The notes beneath the pieces are model-generated. The model saw nothing but the letters and a program-made list of their open reading frames with translations. It did not search any database and was not told the origin of the DNA. A stretch of DNA of 64,000 nucleotides, taken from assembly GCA_030704615.1 (NCBI GenBank), contig CM060731.1, positions 58,466,001 through 58,530,000 of the forward strand, in the 5' to 3' direction. This DNA comes from Takakia lepidozioides (lineage: Eukaryota > Plantae > Bryophyta). The first letter of the stretch is position 1. Each line of letters starts with the position of its first letter. The position numbers and the translations under genes are program-made. Below are positions 51,604 to 64,000 of the stretch, in pieces.

Positions 51604-52171
51604 TATAAAACAAATGAGGCAAGTCAGACATTAGGTGGCCCAGGATATCACCCAAAAAGACATTGCAAAGCGAAAGACTATATATGGGTGTGGAATCCCT
51701 TGATGTTCGATTAGTCCTCACCTCCATTGATCAACTTGGCTAGCCCTAGTTGTGCCTTCCCCATGTGTCACCTCCTCTCCTTTGCTGAAAACTATGTCTT
51801 GATGTACAATCTCCGTGCCCTAACACCTCCCTCAAGTAACACCTTTATTATTTAATCATTTATGAGAAATAAATGGATGAATTTCCAAGTTTATTATGGA
51901 TGACAGTAGATTTCATTATTCACAAAGAGGAGTGATATGCGACAACCACATGTTTTATGATCTTTTATAGTGATTTTTTTTTGTCAAGGGGTCAGCTAGT
52001 TTTGACCAATCATTACGCATCATCCAAGAGGGCGTTTCTTTAATCCAGGAGGCCGCTCATTTCATCCAAAAGCTACTACATAAGGTGAGGCAATTGCCAC
52101 ATGTCAAGCAATGGATTGCCCTCACGTCTTGCCATTCTCGCTGCTGGATGTGAGGGCTCCCCATTATATGT

Positions 52172-52240
52172 GGTAGCCCTTTGGGGTCAAGTGACACCAT
52201 AAGTTACGCTCCCTTCGGGAGGCGTCATACTTTTACTTTT
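52172..52240 (+). mobile_element. SINE 3' half
   Basis: GTAGCCCTTTGGGGTC..GACACCATAAGTTACGCTCCCTTCGGGAGGCGTCATACTTTTACTTTT. Confidence 0.75.
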
Positions 52241-53485
52241 ATTTTTATTTTTGATAATCGTTTTCCACGCATTAATTACCTATTTCCTGCATAACTCTCC
52301 CTTCTAACACGATCGTTCAAAGCCCACGTCCATCATCTTCATTCAATTTGTGGTGGGCAATTTAGACTATTATACAATAAAAAAGAGGGCCCTCATGGGC
52401 AGGATGATCGCGTCACCATTTGTAAGAACTATGAACCATCTTTGGTTGACATGAATGTCAAACTTTACATCAATGAGACATGTCCAAGTCTCTGATGTCA
52501 GAGGTCACTCTGCTTGAGAGTAGTCTTATAATCCACATGGAAAGCTTGGATAGCCCCAACCAACTTGTACAATCTCGCATCTTGAATTGCCTCAGCTATC
52601 AATTCGTTGTCGATCTTCAACCTGCAATGGTTGGTAGAAAAATCAACCATAAAACCTTGCTCAGAGCTGACTAATTGACAATAGATTATTTATTAATTAT
52701 CTTGGAACATAGAAAACATCTCCGATCTCTTTTGATACTCTAGGTGATAATTGAATACAACAGTACCTATCAAGACTAGTACATCCTATACCCCGGGTGT
52801 GTGTAGAGCTTAGGGTTTAGGGTTCCAAACATACCCAAACTGATATCATACGGCCAGTCACATGAGTAGCTGGCGGAGCAATACTGCAATTGCGAACAAT
52901 ATTCAAGGGGGAGTGTTTTGAGATGGGAGGGGTAGCACTTATGGCGTTAGGATGCGCCATGTTGTGTTTGCCACAGGAGGAGTTTCATTTTTGCGGTGGA
53001 TCTTTGATGTGGGAAGGCGCAAAAGATTGAATAGATCGGCTTTGTGATTGCAATTTTCTTTTCACCGTTTATATGTTGCCCTCAATCTGGTTTTTTTTTC
53101 AGCTTTGAATGGAGTATGATGAATGTTGGGGTATACCATACCATTGTATATGCTGCCCGGTCATTTGAGTTTTGGCAATATACCCATGCCTAAGACCAGG
53201 GTATCTCAAAATTGGATATACCCATACCCATCCTATAACCTACCTGACTAGTCCTAATCTACACTGGCCCTACCAGTTGGACCCAACAACCAAGTTGGAC
53301 CTACTAGGACCAGTCTGGTATTCCAAAATGGACATACCAGTACAACACTGGTACCTACGAGAAGCAGGAGAAAGTGGACCATCACATAGGAACCATCACA
53401 TAGGATAGTAGGTTAACTTCCCACTACTTCCCACTGCCTAAATAAGAAAAAGTCCCCTTAGCTTTTGCCAACGATTTTTTAATAG

Positions 53486-54357
53486 TAGTGTCTTCAATGC
53501 GCCTGTGGGCCCTGCCAATACTGCCCATGAGGTCACCTCATAAGCCTAGCGCCTAGTCAACCGGTGCCCACCGGAGGGTCCATTGGACAGTCCAGTCCGT
53601 TCTAGAGAGTCTCCAAATGGAGGTCCACCCACTCTGCAAAGTCTGGTGGACCCAGATCCGCTGAAGAGGGTCCACTCTGCAGAGTCGGTGGACCCATAGT
53701 CCACTGGAGAGAGTCCATTCTGTAGTCCACTTTGCAGAGTCCGTTGGAGGGTCATCTCTACACCGCGTAGTGAGTCCGAGCGCTGGAGGGTCCACCGGCC
53801 ACTCTACAAAGTCCGGTGGATCTAGAGTCCGCTGAAGAGGGACCACTCTGCAGTCCACTTTACAGAGTCCGATAGAGGGTCCACTCTACATTGCATAGTG
53901 AGTCCGCTGGAGGGTCCACTCTATAGTCCAGTCCAAAGTCTGCTGGAAGGTCCGCTGCCGTAGAAGAACAACGACTCAGGAAAATTTCAGAATGAACAAT
54001 TATACAAAATGTTTAATTAATAACACACACTACCACCTAATAGGTATTGAACACCGGCATTTTACCACCTGACAAGAATTGAACACTAAACCTCACACAT
54101 CTTACTCCTTGCTCTTAATCATCACACTACCTGTTGCTCTCTAAAAACTTTGGAACTATTTAATCTGTTATGTGCATTACGAGCGCCTGCAGGCAAGTCA
54201 TGGGTCCCCACTTGGCTAGGACCTACCACAGTGGACCCGCTTGCCCGGATCTAGCTGTGGCAGACTGAGCAACGGGTAGACGCGCTCTCACCATTCATAA
54301 CCTCTCTGTTGCACGTGGGCCCTGCCATAGGCACACGCATGCACATTGAAGACGCTA
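53486..54357. mobile_element. MITE-like element with an internal GAGGGTCCACTCT(G/A)CAGAGTCCG minisatellite
   Basis: Terminal inverted match TAG(T/C)GTCTTCAATG at 53486 and 54344-54357 (Tourist/Harbinger-like TIR, or TA-flanked). Imperfect tandem repeats at ~53570-53960. Confidence 0.65.
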
Positions 54358-55045
54358 TTATCTTATAATGAGAAGCTTAGCTTTCATACCTTGCAAATAA
54401 ATCCAAATTGGCTCATTTCAAGGACTATGGATGCTCCATGACGGCAGCCTAATAAGGCTATACGAAGTTTGAGGCTGAACGAAATTGAACACATACTTCA
54501 AAATTACTAAAAACTTGTCCCTTATCAAGTAATAAAATTGAAAAAAACCACCCCACAACCAACGTTAGGTTTTTTTTTTAGATCTTTCATGATTCTCTTT
54601 GGTGCAAGGCGTAGTTTTTAGGACATATTTTTTGCGTCACACATCCTTTTTCCAAATACTTAAAGTTGCTAGTATGGGGGGTCTCAAATCTCAAGTCTTT
54701 TTCCGAAAAAATGGAAAAAAGAAGGAAAAAAAAAACTCTACAGAATAAAGTTTAAATAACTCTTAGGCCCCTCTATGTAGATGGGTTAGCTTTCATGGGC
54801 GATCCAGTTACGTGGCTTTCAACTTGTAAGGCAGCCTTGTGTCCTTATTACTAATAATCATGCTAGGTGTCTTTGCAATACATATCTATGGTGAGATACT
54901 CAGTATATATACATTGATGTATGGAATAATGCGAGCATAATTGCGTCCCTTGAAATGGAAAGGAAGTGTTGGAGTGTGTTGAGCTTGCTGGTTTCTTAAC
55001 ATGTTATCAAACTTTTAAAAATCAACTGTATAACCGGTTGTATAC

Positions 55046-55867
55046 CAGTGTTGGGCGGTTACCCGCCTGGCCCCGGGTAACCGCCGGTTCCGGTTATGTG
55101 GAACCGGACCAGAACCGGACCCGCCTGTGCAGAACTGGAACCGGAACCGGAACCGCTCATTGGGGATTGTGTGGGAACCGGAACCGGCGGTTCCAGCTAC
55201 GACCACATGTGTGGGAACCGGCGGTTCCAGCTCCAAAGCGGTTCCGGTTCTTGGTTCTTGACCCCTTGGTGGGGCTGGTGGGCCCAGGGAAAAACTTATT
55301 TAATGCTCTTAAGCTCCTGAGATCCTGGGTTCAATGCTTGAAGGCCATGAGATTCTATGTTCAATGCTTCAGCGCCATGAGATCTTGGGTTCAATCTCCA
55401 GCTCCATGATATCCTGGCTAAGTTCATTAATAAAATGTTTGAAGATGCCAATACTTGCCAGGTAGCTGAATAGTACTTTCAACCCATAAAATTTTACCCA
55501 TTTTCTTCTACCAGTTTATCTAGAGTATTTTTGTTTGTTTTTTTGTGTTAGTGAAAACTAACAAAATCGTTGGATTTTAGTTCAAATATGTGAATACACT
55601 GCTATTTAATCTACCAGACTGATAAAATATTTTAAATCTAATTAAATTAAACAAATATATTTTAAAAATAGAACCGGAACCTAACCGGAACCGATGGTTT
55701 TTATCAGCAACTAACCGGTAACCGGAACCGCCCCCATGTTTAAAAGTTGGATCCGGAACCGGCTCAATAAAAAAAAACCGGAACCGGATCCGGAACCGTC
55801 TCTTGAAAAAAAAAAAAAAAACCGGAACCGAAGGTTCCTTCACAAATGCAAGAACCGCCCAACACTG
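55046..55867 (-). mobile_element. hAT MITE, inverted copy of the 8521-9320 family, flanked by a 141-bp direct duplication
   Basis: Same 15-bp TIRs and near-identical core. 54905-55045 is repeated at 55868-56008 with one mismatch. Confidence 0.95.
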
Positions 55868-56262
55868 ATATATACATTGATGTATGGAATAATGCGAGCA
55901 TAATTGCGTCCCTTGAAATGGACAGGAAGTGTTGGAGTGTGTTGAGCTTGCTGGTTTCTTAACATGTTATCAAACTTTTAAAAATCAACTGTATAACCGG
56001 TTGTATACCTACCCCTCAGTTATAGTAAGAATGATAACCGGATTTATGGGTACCCGAAAAAACATGTCACTCTTAACCGCAACGGGCAGGTTATTAGATA
56101 GTCAATAAATTGAGTTCCATTGTAACCGCAACCGCCAGGCTGTTAGCAAAACATATAAATAACCGCCCGACACTGTTTAGGGAGCGGTAGATTCTGGGAA
56201 GGTGTTGCCTCAGCGACGATTTTCCCTTGCGTGTCTCTTCGTGGTGTGTTGACAGATAAATC

Positions 56263-56265
<3 letters not shown>

Positions 56266-56304
<39 letters not shown>
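56266..56304 (+). repeat. (GA)n microsatellite upstream of the PLAC8 gene
   Basis: ~19 GA units. Confidence 0.9.
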
Positions 56305-56306
<2 letters not shown>

Positions 56307-57079
56307 GGAGAGCAGGTAGGCGGAGGGGTAAGAATCTGGATCTGTGCATGCACTCTTTGGAATGACCTTTGGTATGAAGCTGCGCGGGATGCGTGAGACA
56401 AATCCAGGGAGTCGGAGGGACAATGGAGAGACACTTGTGGCTGGAATTGTAAGCGACGACGGTATGACCGCATCTGCGTAGTAAGGATAGGGGAGTTTTT
56501 GGGTTCGGATCAAACTACATCGCAGGGATATGCACAAGTCGGAACCCGTGGCAGCTTTTAGGCTTTAACAGATTGGCATGGAAGTGGTCTGTTTTCTCCC
56601 ATCCTCGTCTTGACAGAAATGCATTGATGTAGTCATTTGAGAAGCAGACTGTCCCCGATTGATGTGTTCGGGACTGCCCGGGAGGAGATCTTTGTTGGTT
56701 CGTTGATTTGGAATCTCCTTGATTCAGCCCCTTTGTTGCTGTCTGCGTACTAGGGTTAGGCGAGGTGGACGTATCATGCGATGGAAGTTGCGGGGTAGGT
56801 TTTGTGTCATCCTGAATCGGTGGTTAGCTCAAACCTTGGTTGCTGGAAGCTGACGGCCCGAATAACTCATGGGAAGTTGCACAATTTGATCGAGGACTCT
56901 GATGGATACATGGCAGTTTTGTGCTTGGAAAATGCGTGGCTGTTAGGGCGAATTGTTTGAAGGTAAGTGGGCCCTAGAGATTTCGGCCTGAGAAGCTCTC
57001 TCTTGCAAAAGAGAGAGAGTGTGCCCAGCAGTCAAGACTAGGTGAGATTATGCTGTGTGGGCAGATACCAGTTTGAGCA

Positions 57080-59259
57080 ATGACTGTCGAAGATGAAGGG
57101 GAAAAGCCTAGTGCCCCGGAGTCTTTCCGCTCGTGGTCTCTGCGAAAGCTGCTAGCAAGTAGCCGGGAAAGAGTGGAAGTATCTGAAACTTCGTCAGAGG
57201 AAATCACAACAAGAGGAAGAAAGATTAGAAGGACAGGAGGAGGGAGCCATTCCCCCTCACCTGTGTCTCCAATTGCAGGGAGCTTCATCACGCCTGTCAA
57301 AGCTATTCTCGCTCCATCGCAGACCTTCAGCCGTTTGAAAGAGGAAAGGGAGCAGTTGTCCCGGCAGACACCGTCTCCTAAAGAATCAACCTTGCGAGAT
57401 GGGATCACACTGCCTTTAGTAGGAGAGATAAAGTGGGAGACAGTCACGCACTTGGTCAAAGACTGGCTTCGGAACCCCAAGAACTTAGCACTTCTGCTAT
57501 GGGGATTTGCAGTAGGGGTGTCGGGTGCCATCCTTTTCATGGTTATGGTTGGGATGTTGAATGGGGTTCTTCCCAAAAAGGCCGACAGAGATTTGTGGTT
57601 TGAAATATCAAACCAGATACTGAATGCTCTCTTCACTCTCATGGTCCTCTATCTGCATCCCACAAGAATTCTTCACCTTGTGTGGTTGATTCGGTGGCGA
57701 CCTGAAGATATCGTCAAGCTTCGCAATGTGTATTGCAAGGGTGGCATGCGGAAGCCTCAAGAATGGGCTCACATGCTTGTGGTCGTTTTCCTACTGCACT
57801 TGAACTGTTTCTCTCAGTACGCCCTTTGTGGTTTGAACTGGGGCTACAGAAGAGCAAATCGGCCAGCAATTGGGGTAGGCATTTGTCTAGCTTCCGCCAT
57901 TGGGGCTGCAGCAGCAGCTGGGATTTACAACACCCTGAGTCCTCTTGGGAGGGACTTTGTAGCAGAAGATGGTGAGGGTGAGCATGATGAAAGTATTGAC
58001 CAATTAGAGAAGGGTCATTGCAGAAATCCACCATCATTGTTTCACTTGTCACGAACTTATAGGCTACTGGAGAGGAGGCTGTCTTTTGCATCAAGGGAGG
58101 GAAAACTTGTCGAGGATCCCCAGTGGCAAGGGGGCCTTTTCGGCTGCTGCGAAGATGCCACAATTTCTTGTGTCTCAACTGGTTGCTTTGTTTGTGTACT
58201 GGGATGGAATTTGGACCGGCTGGGGTTCGGCAATCGTTTCGTGCATATCATCACTTTTCTTCTCTTGTGCTCTGCCCCATATTTCGTTTTTGATCTGGCA
58301 GCAATCAACGTAAACAACAAGTATGATTTCTCAACCTGAAGTTTTGCTCTATACATACAGGGTGCTAATACTCATCCTCATAATCCCTAGCTATCAGTTA
58401 CACAGCATAACACATAAGGAAGTAAAGTCCCGACAAGATCACAAACAGAAGCACGGGGTGTGGAATTGTGAGGAGAGGAGGGGTAGAAAGGTAAATACAA
58501 TTCTACAATGGCACAGAGGGGTCTATATATGCAACTGCTGATGATTTGATCAGCTGTTTGTGTTCTTTAAGCAGGCTGTCTGTGGTCATCTCCATGAACT
58601 GTTATGATAGAGGTTAGGTTGATAGGACCCGCTTCTATCTTCTTCAAAAGAGCAATGGAACCCCTGCAAAACTGAACATTGTCTGGGCATCACTCACATG
58701 CTTGGGAAGGGTGCAAGCTTCTGAGAGGGTGGGGACACGGTCGTAATGTAGATGATGTTATGGACCAGCTGCTGTGTGCTGACGTGGGGTAACTTTTGGC
58801 AGGTATGTGCGACATAGCTTGGGTTATGCTGGCATCGTCTTGAGTGTCTTTGGGTTACTCTATGGGGGCTTTTGGCGGATTCGAATGAGAGAGAGGTACA
58901 AACTGCCTGCCCAAAAATGGTGCTGTGGGCAGCCCAACATGACAGATTGCACACAGTGGCTTTTCTGCGGCATATGCTCTCTTTGCCAAGAAGTTCGCAC
59001 CGCAGAGGCTTTTGACATCCGCGATGATAAATTCTATGTCAGGACTAAAGGTGTTAACACGCCCGGGCAGAGTTCGCCAGAGAGAAATTTGGGAGACGAT
59101 GTGACACATGTCCCCGCATCCACAATCCAACCCCTCCCCATTTCTGCTATGCTACCAATCAAAGAAAGTGAGTTGGTTGCAATGAAAGAGACAGTGTTGG
59201 TACCCCCAGCTCCTCAGATCCTCAACCATGTTGAGGAAGAGGATCTTTCTACAGGGTAA
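57080..59259 (+). CDS. PLAC8 family / DUF2985 membrane protein, ~565 aa, 2 exons
   Basis: Exons 57080-58320 and 58803-59259 (phase 2, GT-AG). DUF2985 motifs WLRNPKNLALLLW..VSGAILF, NQILNALFTLM and YCKGG.RKP.EW. PLAC8 motifs PQWQGGLFGCC, GGFWRIRMR and WLFCGICSLCQEVRT. Confidence 0.93.
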
Positions 59260-61137
59260 TGTAACATAATTTCAGAACATTGATAGTATCTGGTTAGGAG
59301 GTGCACATTGCGGAGGCTTCAAACATTTGAGAGAGTGGCCTCCACTAAGGGGGATTGTAGCAGGTTTTCAGAATATGTATTCTTATTGCATCTAGTTTTT
59401 TATGCGGGGTCCCTACTTACTCTCCTTCAACCCTGACACAGATGAGGAAGTATTAAGGCTGGATGTTATCTGTAGAGGTCCGTAGGAGTAATATTTTGTC
59501 ACTGCAAAATTTTGTGGGTGACTTACTGTTTGTGGAGGGTCAGCATTGAGGATGAAAGGATCAGTTGTCTCAGTGATCAGACAAGTTTCTTGTTCGAGTA
59601 TGTTACAGCTTCGACAGGTTACTTGGAGGCACATGGAAGGAGGTCTCTGAAATTGGGAACTCTGCCCTTGTGTTCTTGAATTTGCAACATGTGTGGTGTA
59701 GAGCCTAAACCGCTTCAACCTTTTACACCACTGCTTGACAGCAGAAGGTTCTAGGAAGGTTCATGAGACGATGTTTACCGTAGCTTTGTGGCCATAGACT
59801 CCATGCCCACAGAACAGGAGAGGGAGAGAGGCATGTACTTTCTTAGACTCCGCCTCCAGTAGTCTTGCTTGTATTTTTTAAAGCAGAATTCTACTTCTAT
59901 CTTAAAGCTTTGTTGGGAGTTGGGGAGTCAAATGTGATCATTTACTGCTACTCGAAAGTAACCACCTTTCCCTTTACTGTACAATCTATCAATTATAGTA
60001 TTCATTAAATAAAATCAGTCTCCTATGACCTCAAGTTGGTGGGTGGTGTGACAGGAATTTAGATGTAGTAATTGAAGCGCAAGAATACTAACATACTTGC
60101 TGGAGACTTCGAGTGGGTGACCGCCAAGGTTCCAAATCATAGAGACTGTAGGGTTGTTGGTGTTGAGCTGTTTTAATCACCAACATCGGAAGAGATGAAA
60201 TTGGTATGTGTGTGAGATTGTTGCCAGTTGGTGACAAGAAGTGTTTTTGGAATGCATTACACTCACCTGTGGCCTCTTGCCAACTGGGTTAAGTGTAGCT
60301 GTCCATCACTTGTATTGGCGCAAAGTCAGGTTCATAAGCTTTCTGCAGTTGTGAGATTGTCAACACCCTGTGTGTGTTACACCCCCCTGCCTGAGCATTT
60401 TGCTCTGAAATCTTGGACATCAATGGCCCCACAAATTGACCCACAAAAATGAAACTTTGGGGAAAGCGAAATTTTATCCATATCGATCCATCACTAAAGT
60501 TCGTTTGATGTTCAGCAAATTTACAAAGAGCCTCTTGGCCTTTGGGACACCACTTCTCAAGGATCGAAGTTTGGCATGCGACCCAACCACTACCCAGTAG
60601 ACACTAACTTTCTGTATGCATATCCGACTGCTCCGTATGTGAATGCGTCAGAGCGAGTGTTGTGCATTGCAAAAGGCAATGCTCGATTGACTCTACCCTT
60701 CCTTCCTGACAACATCTACTTACAGTGATAGTGCCTCTTGGAACTCCAACCATTGTCCTGTTGGAATTCCAGTTCCTGTCCAGATCAAGTTGATTAATTA
60801 GCTGATGCACTGGCTAATGTTGCTTAGCCATGATCATAAGGATTAAGTAACGATCATAAGGATTAAGTAACGGCAGGAAATCCACCACTATGTCGACGAG
60901 GGCAGGGCTCTCCACGTGATAATTACTTAGACGATTTTTCCTACGTTGAAAGCATCATGGCCAGTAGAGGAACCTAGGTATTATAAGATCAGGCTCAGAC
61001 TGTACTTATCGTGGTGACAGTTGAGCGATCAGACTGATAGATGCATAGCAGAGACACACAGCTTGTTGTTGATGTTCATCGAGTCTTCACACTTAGTGTG
61101 TGTGAAAGTTCACATAGTCTTAAGTAGCTCAGTGTCA

Positions 61138-63440
61138 ATGGAAGTCCCTAAGATTGAAGCTTTGAAGAACACGAACTTCCACGATTGGAAGTTTCGTATG
61201 TGTCTGGTTCTAAAGAAACTCTAGCTTTGGTCTGTTGTCAATGGAGATGAGAGTCGTCCAGAAGTATCTCCTAAGAATTGGGATACAAAGGACCAGCTCT
61301 AGGGGATATGTAGAGATTTGTCTTAGCATCTCTCCAACTGTTCTTGGACTTGTGAGAGGGAAAGACACGAGTAAAGAGACTTGGGATGCATTGGAAAGCA
61401 GATATGAAAGGAAGAATGTGCCAAATGAGTTGTATCTGAAGAAGCAGTTTTATACCTAGTGAAAATGTCACCTACAGAGAGCATGGGTGATCACATTCTC
61501 AATTTGAAAGTCATAGCTGAAAGACTATCAGCTATTGGATCATATGTAGTTGATAAAGAATTGGTTGTCGCCTTGTTGATCAGTCTTCCATCCAGTTATG
61601 AGAACATTGTGGTCAATCTTGAATCTCATGAGCAAGGGCTTAGCTCTGAGTTTGTCATCAACAGATTGCTACAAGAAGAGAGGAGAAGAAATGAGAGACA
61701 AGAGGGTGACAATTCAGTTGAGAGTGTCTTGTGGAGTAAGGAGACACGTGCATGCTATTATTGCGGTAAGAAAGGTCATTTGGCCAAGATCTGCAGGAAG
61801 CAGAAAGCAGATCAGCAAGCTAGAAAGAAGAAAACTGATGGATGCATTTCAGGGGAGAAAGAAGACTCTGCAAATGTAGCGGACGAGTGCGACTACCTTC
61901 TAGCTGCTGATTGCGACAGAAACTCAGGCGCGATGATTGGTTCCTAGACACGGGAGCAACCAATCACATGTGTGGGAGACTAGAGTTGTTTAAATCATTG
62001 ACCGATGTCAAACCAAGGCAAATTGTCATGGGCAACAATACGAGTGTGATCTCATCAAAGGAAGGAGATGTGGTTTTGGGATGTGTTGCAGGAGTCAACT
62101 ACACCTTGACCGATGTATGTGCCAAAAACCAGTAAGAACTTGATCTCTGTAAGCTCACTCACAGGCAAAGGTTTCGTGGTCAACTTTGGCCACACAGAAT
62201 GTCAGATAGGTCAAGTAATCTGTAGGGCAATACAAGAGAGCAAGTTGTATAAGGTCCTTCGTCTATTGAGGAACATAGACTCTACTGCATTGGTAGGTTT
62301 GGTCCCAGAAGACTCTAACGGGTTGAGTTTTCCATGAGCAGTGAGCAGGTTTTGCGGAGCAGTGCCGAACTTAAGGGAATATTCATGGAATATATGAAAT
62401 ATCCAAAGAATATTCTCCTGAATCAGTGCCGAGCCTATGTGGAGGAATATTTTGTGAAAGAATATTCTTCCGAACCTGTTCCGAGCCTATGCCGAACCAG
62501 TTCGGACCACTTTCGAACCTATGGCACTGTTCGGCGCCGAACTGTGCCGGCACCTACGTTTTCTAGAAAACAGTTTTTTTTTTTTTTTTTCCCCTTAAAT
62601 GTTTTTTTTAGTGTATGAAATGGTGTTCGGTGCCGAACCTTCAACATTTGAGCGGTCATATACAACATAAATTTAGTAAAAATCTCATTTGGAATCCAAA
62701 ATGGGAATATTCTATAAACCGAACCTATCCTGAACTTGGAAGTGGTTCGGCAAACAAGTCCGAGCGGTTCGATGACGTTCGGCAAAACGTGCTCACTGCT
62801 CATGGATTTTCAGCCCCCGTGACGCGCACGAGGGTTGTAGGAACTCGTAAGTTTCTGGGTCAGTTGTTTGGAGGGGAAACAACATAAAACGCTGTTGCCT
62901 AGCAAGCCTAAAAGTCAGGAACGTGACACTTTGGGACTGATTCACACATATGTGTGTGGTCCTATGATGTCACCAAGTATTGGAGGGGGGAGGTACTTTG
63001 TATCTTTAACAGATGACAAGATACGGAAAAGCTTTACGTACATAATGATGGAAAAATCAGAAGGCTCAACAAGTTGTAGCAGTTCATCGCAGACCTTAGA
63101 TTATCTGGTATATGCATGTGGGTTGCACATCAAAAAACTCTTCGGATGACTAATATCATGTTTTCGGGAGTTCCAAGCTTCACTCGGTGTCTTACTGCTC
63201 AAGGCCGTTGTTGGACTCAAAATTTCATAGGTAGGTTGCACTGTTGAGCGCCTCAGTCCAATACTCCTTGCCGAGGCCTGATTGTGCCAACATGCTTCTC
63301 GTTTTCTCCAACAACGTCATGTTGGGCCGCTCAGCAACACCGTTCTGTTAAGGACTGTTTCTTGCACTAAGCTGCAACTTGATACCTTTCTGTGCCAGAA
63401 ACACCTTCATAGCCTAGTTAACATACTCTCCTCCTCCGAC
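61138..63440 (+). mobile_element. Degenerate, rearranged Ty1/copia LTR retrotransposon (gag-protease-integrase)
   Basis: gag NFHDWKFRM, LLISLPSSYE and CYYCGKKGHLAKIC; protease WFLDTGATNHMC; KNLISVSSL; integrase LIHTYVCGP..GRYFVSLTDD. The second half of the integrase (GGEY...QNGVAER...YWTEA) lies on the minus strand at ~63093-63440. Confidence 0.9.
62331..62806. mobile_element. MITE inserted in the copia element
   Basis: Inverted termini TCCATGAGCAGTGAGCA(G/C)GTTTTGC; subterminal CCGAAC/GTTCGG repeats. Confidence 0.85.
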
Positions 63441-63509
63441 CTTATGATTTTTGACTTTTAAGTCAAGTTCCATATTAGTGGTATCTAAAAAAGTTACTAT
63501 TTTTTAAAT

Positions 63510-63980
63510 CAAGCGACCACCCATATTGGCGGTCGCTTGTAATTTAATATTTTGTTAAATTAAGCGACCACCTATATTGGCGGTTGCTGGCAATTTATGA
63601 AGTTTTAAATGAAGCGACCGCCCATATTGGCGGTCGCTCGCAATTTACTATATTTTAAATTAAGTGACGGCCTATATTGGCGGTCGCTTGAAAATTATTA
63701 TTTTTAAAAATTAAGCGACCGCCCAGATTGGCAGTCGCTCGTAGTTTAAAAATATTTAAAAAAATGCAGCGACCGCCATTCGCAGGCCGTCGCATATTCT
63801 TATTTTTATTCTAAAATTAAGCGACCGCCGTTTGGCGGTCGCTTCTTTAAATTTTTTTTAAAAATACAGCGACCGCCATTGTTTTATTTTTGTAAATTTA
63901 GCGGCCGCCATTTAGCGGCAATTGCTCTTTTTTTGAAAAACTTTAAATGAAGCGACTGCAACTACGGCAGTCGCTCTTGT
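63510..63980. repeat. Array of palindromic AAGCGACCGCC-(n)-GGCGGTCGCT units with AT-rich spacers (CACTA-like subterminal repeats)
   Basis: About 9-10 units at ~50-60 bp spacing, running to the window end. Confidence 0.7.
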
Positions 63981-64000
63981 TTAAAAAATATATAAAGCAA

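Noticed and set aside
63510-63980. Palindromic repeats with spacers resembling a CRISPR array
   Set aside because: Eukaryotic context, degenerate repeats, low-complexity AT spacers and no cas genes. Fits TE subterminal repeats.

Overview
Eukaryotic land-plant nuclear DNA, probably from a non-seed plant with a large PLS-PPR family (inference). Host genes: a 9-exon MACPF (CAD1-like) gene (-), a 10-exon ASCC2/CUE-domain gene (+), a 2-exon PLAC8/DUF2985 gene (+), and two intronless PLS-class PPR ORFs whose downstream DYW deaminase domains have decayed. Remnants: two more PPR pseudogenes, a frameshifted CYP450 terminal exon, a LEA-like pseudogene and a V-ATPase subunit d fragment. The mobile fraction is rich: nested hAT MITEs, a Pack-MULE-like element, a tRNA-derived SINE family, an intronic LINE fragment inserted in a (CT)n tract, a rearranged Ty1/copia and CACTA-like repeats. 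The most striking object is a 5.2-kb, TSD-bounded, 5'-truncated non-LTR retrotransposon (45795-51014). Its degraded single ORF reads RT - chromodomain - PCIF1/CAPAM-like adenine methyltransferase-like domain - RNase H - Zn knuckle - restriction-like endonuclease, i.e. a Dualen/RandI-like architecture with added chromatin-reader and MTase-like modules. All homology calls are by-eye motif recognition, not database results.
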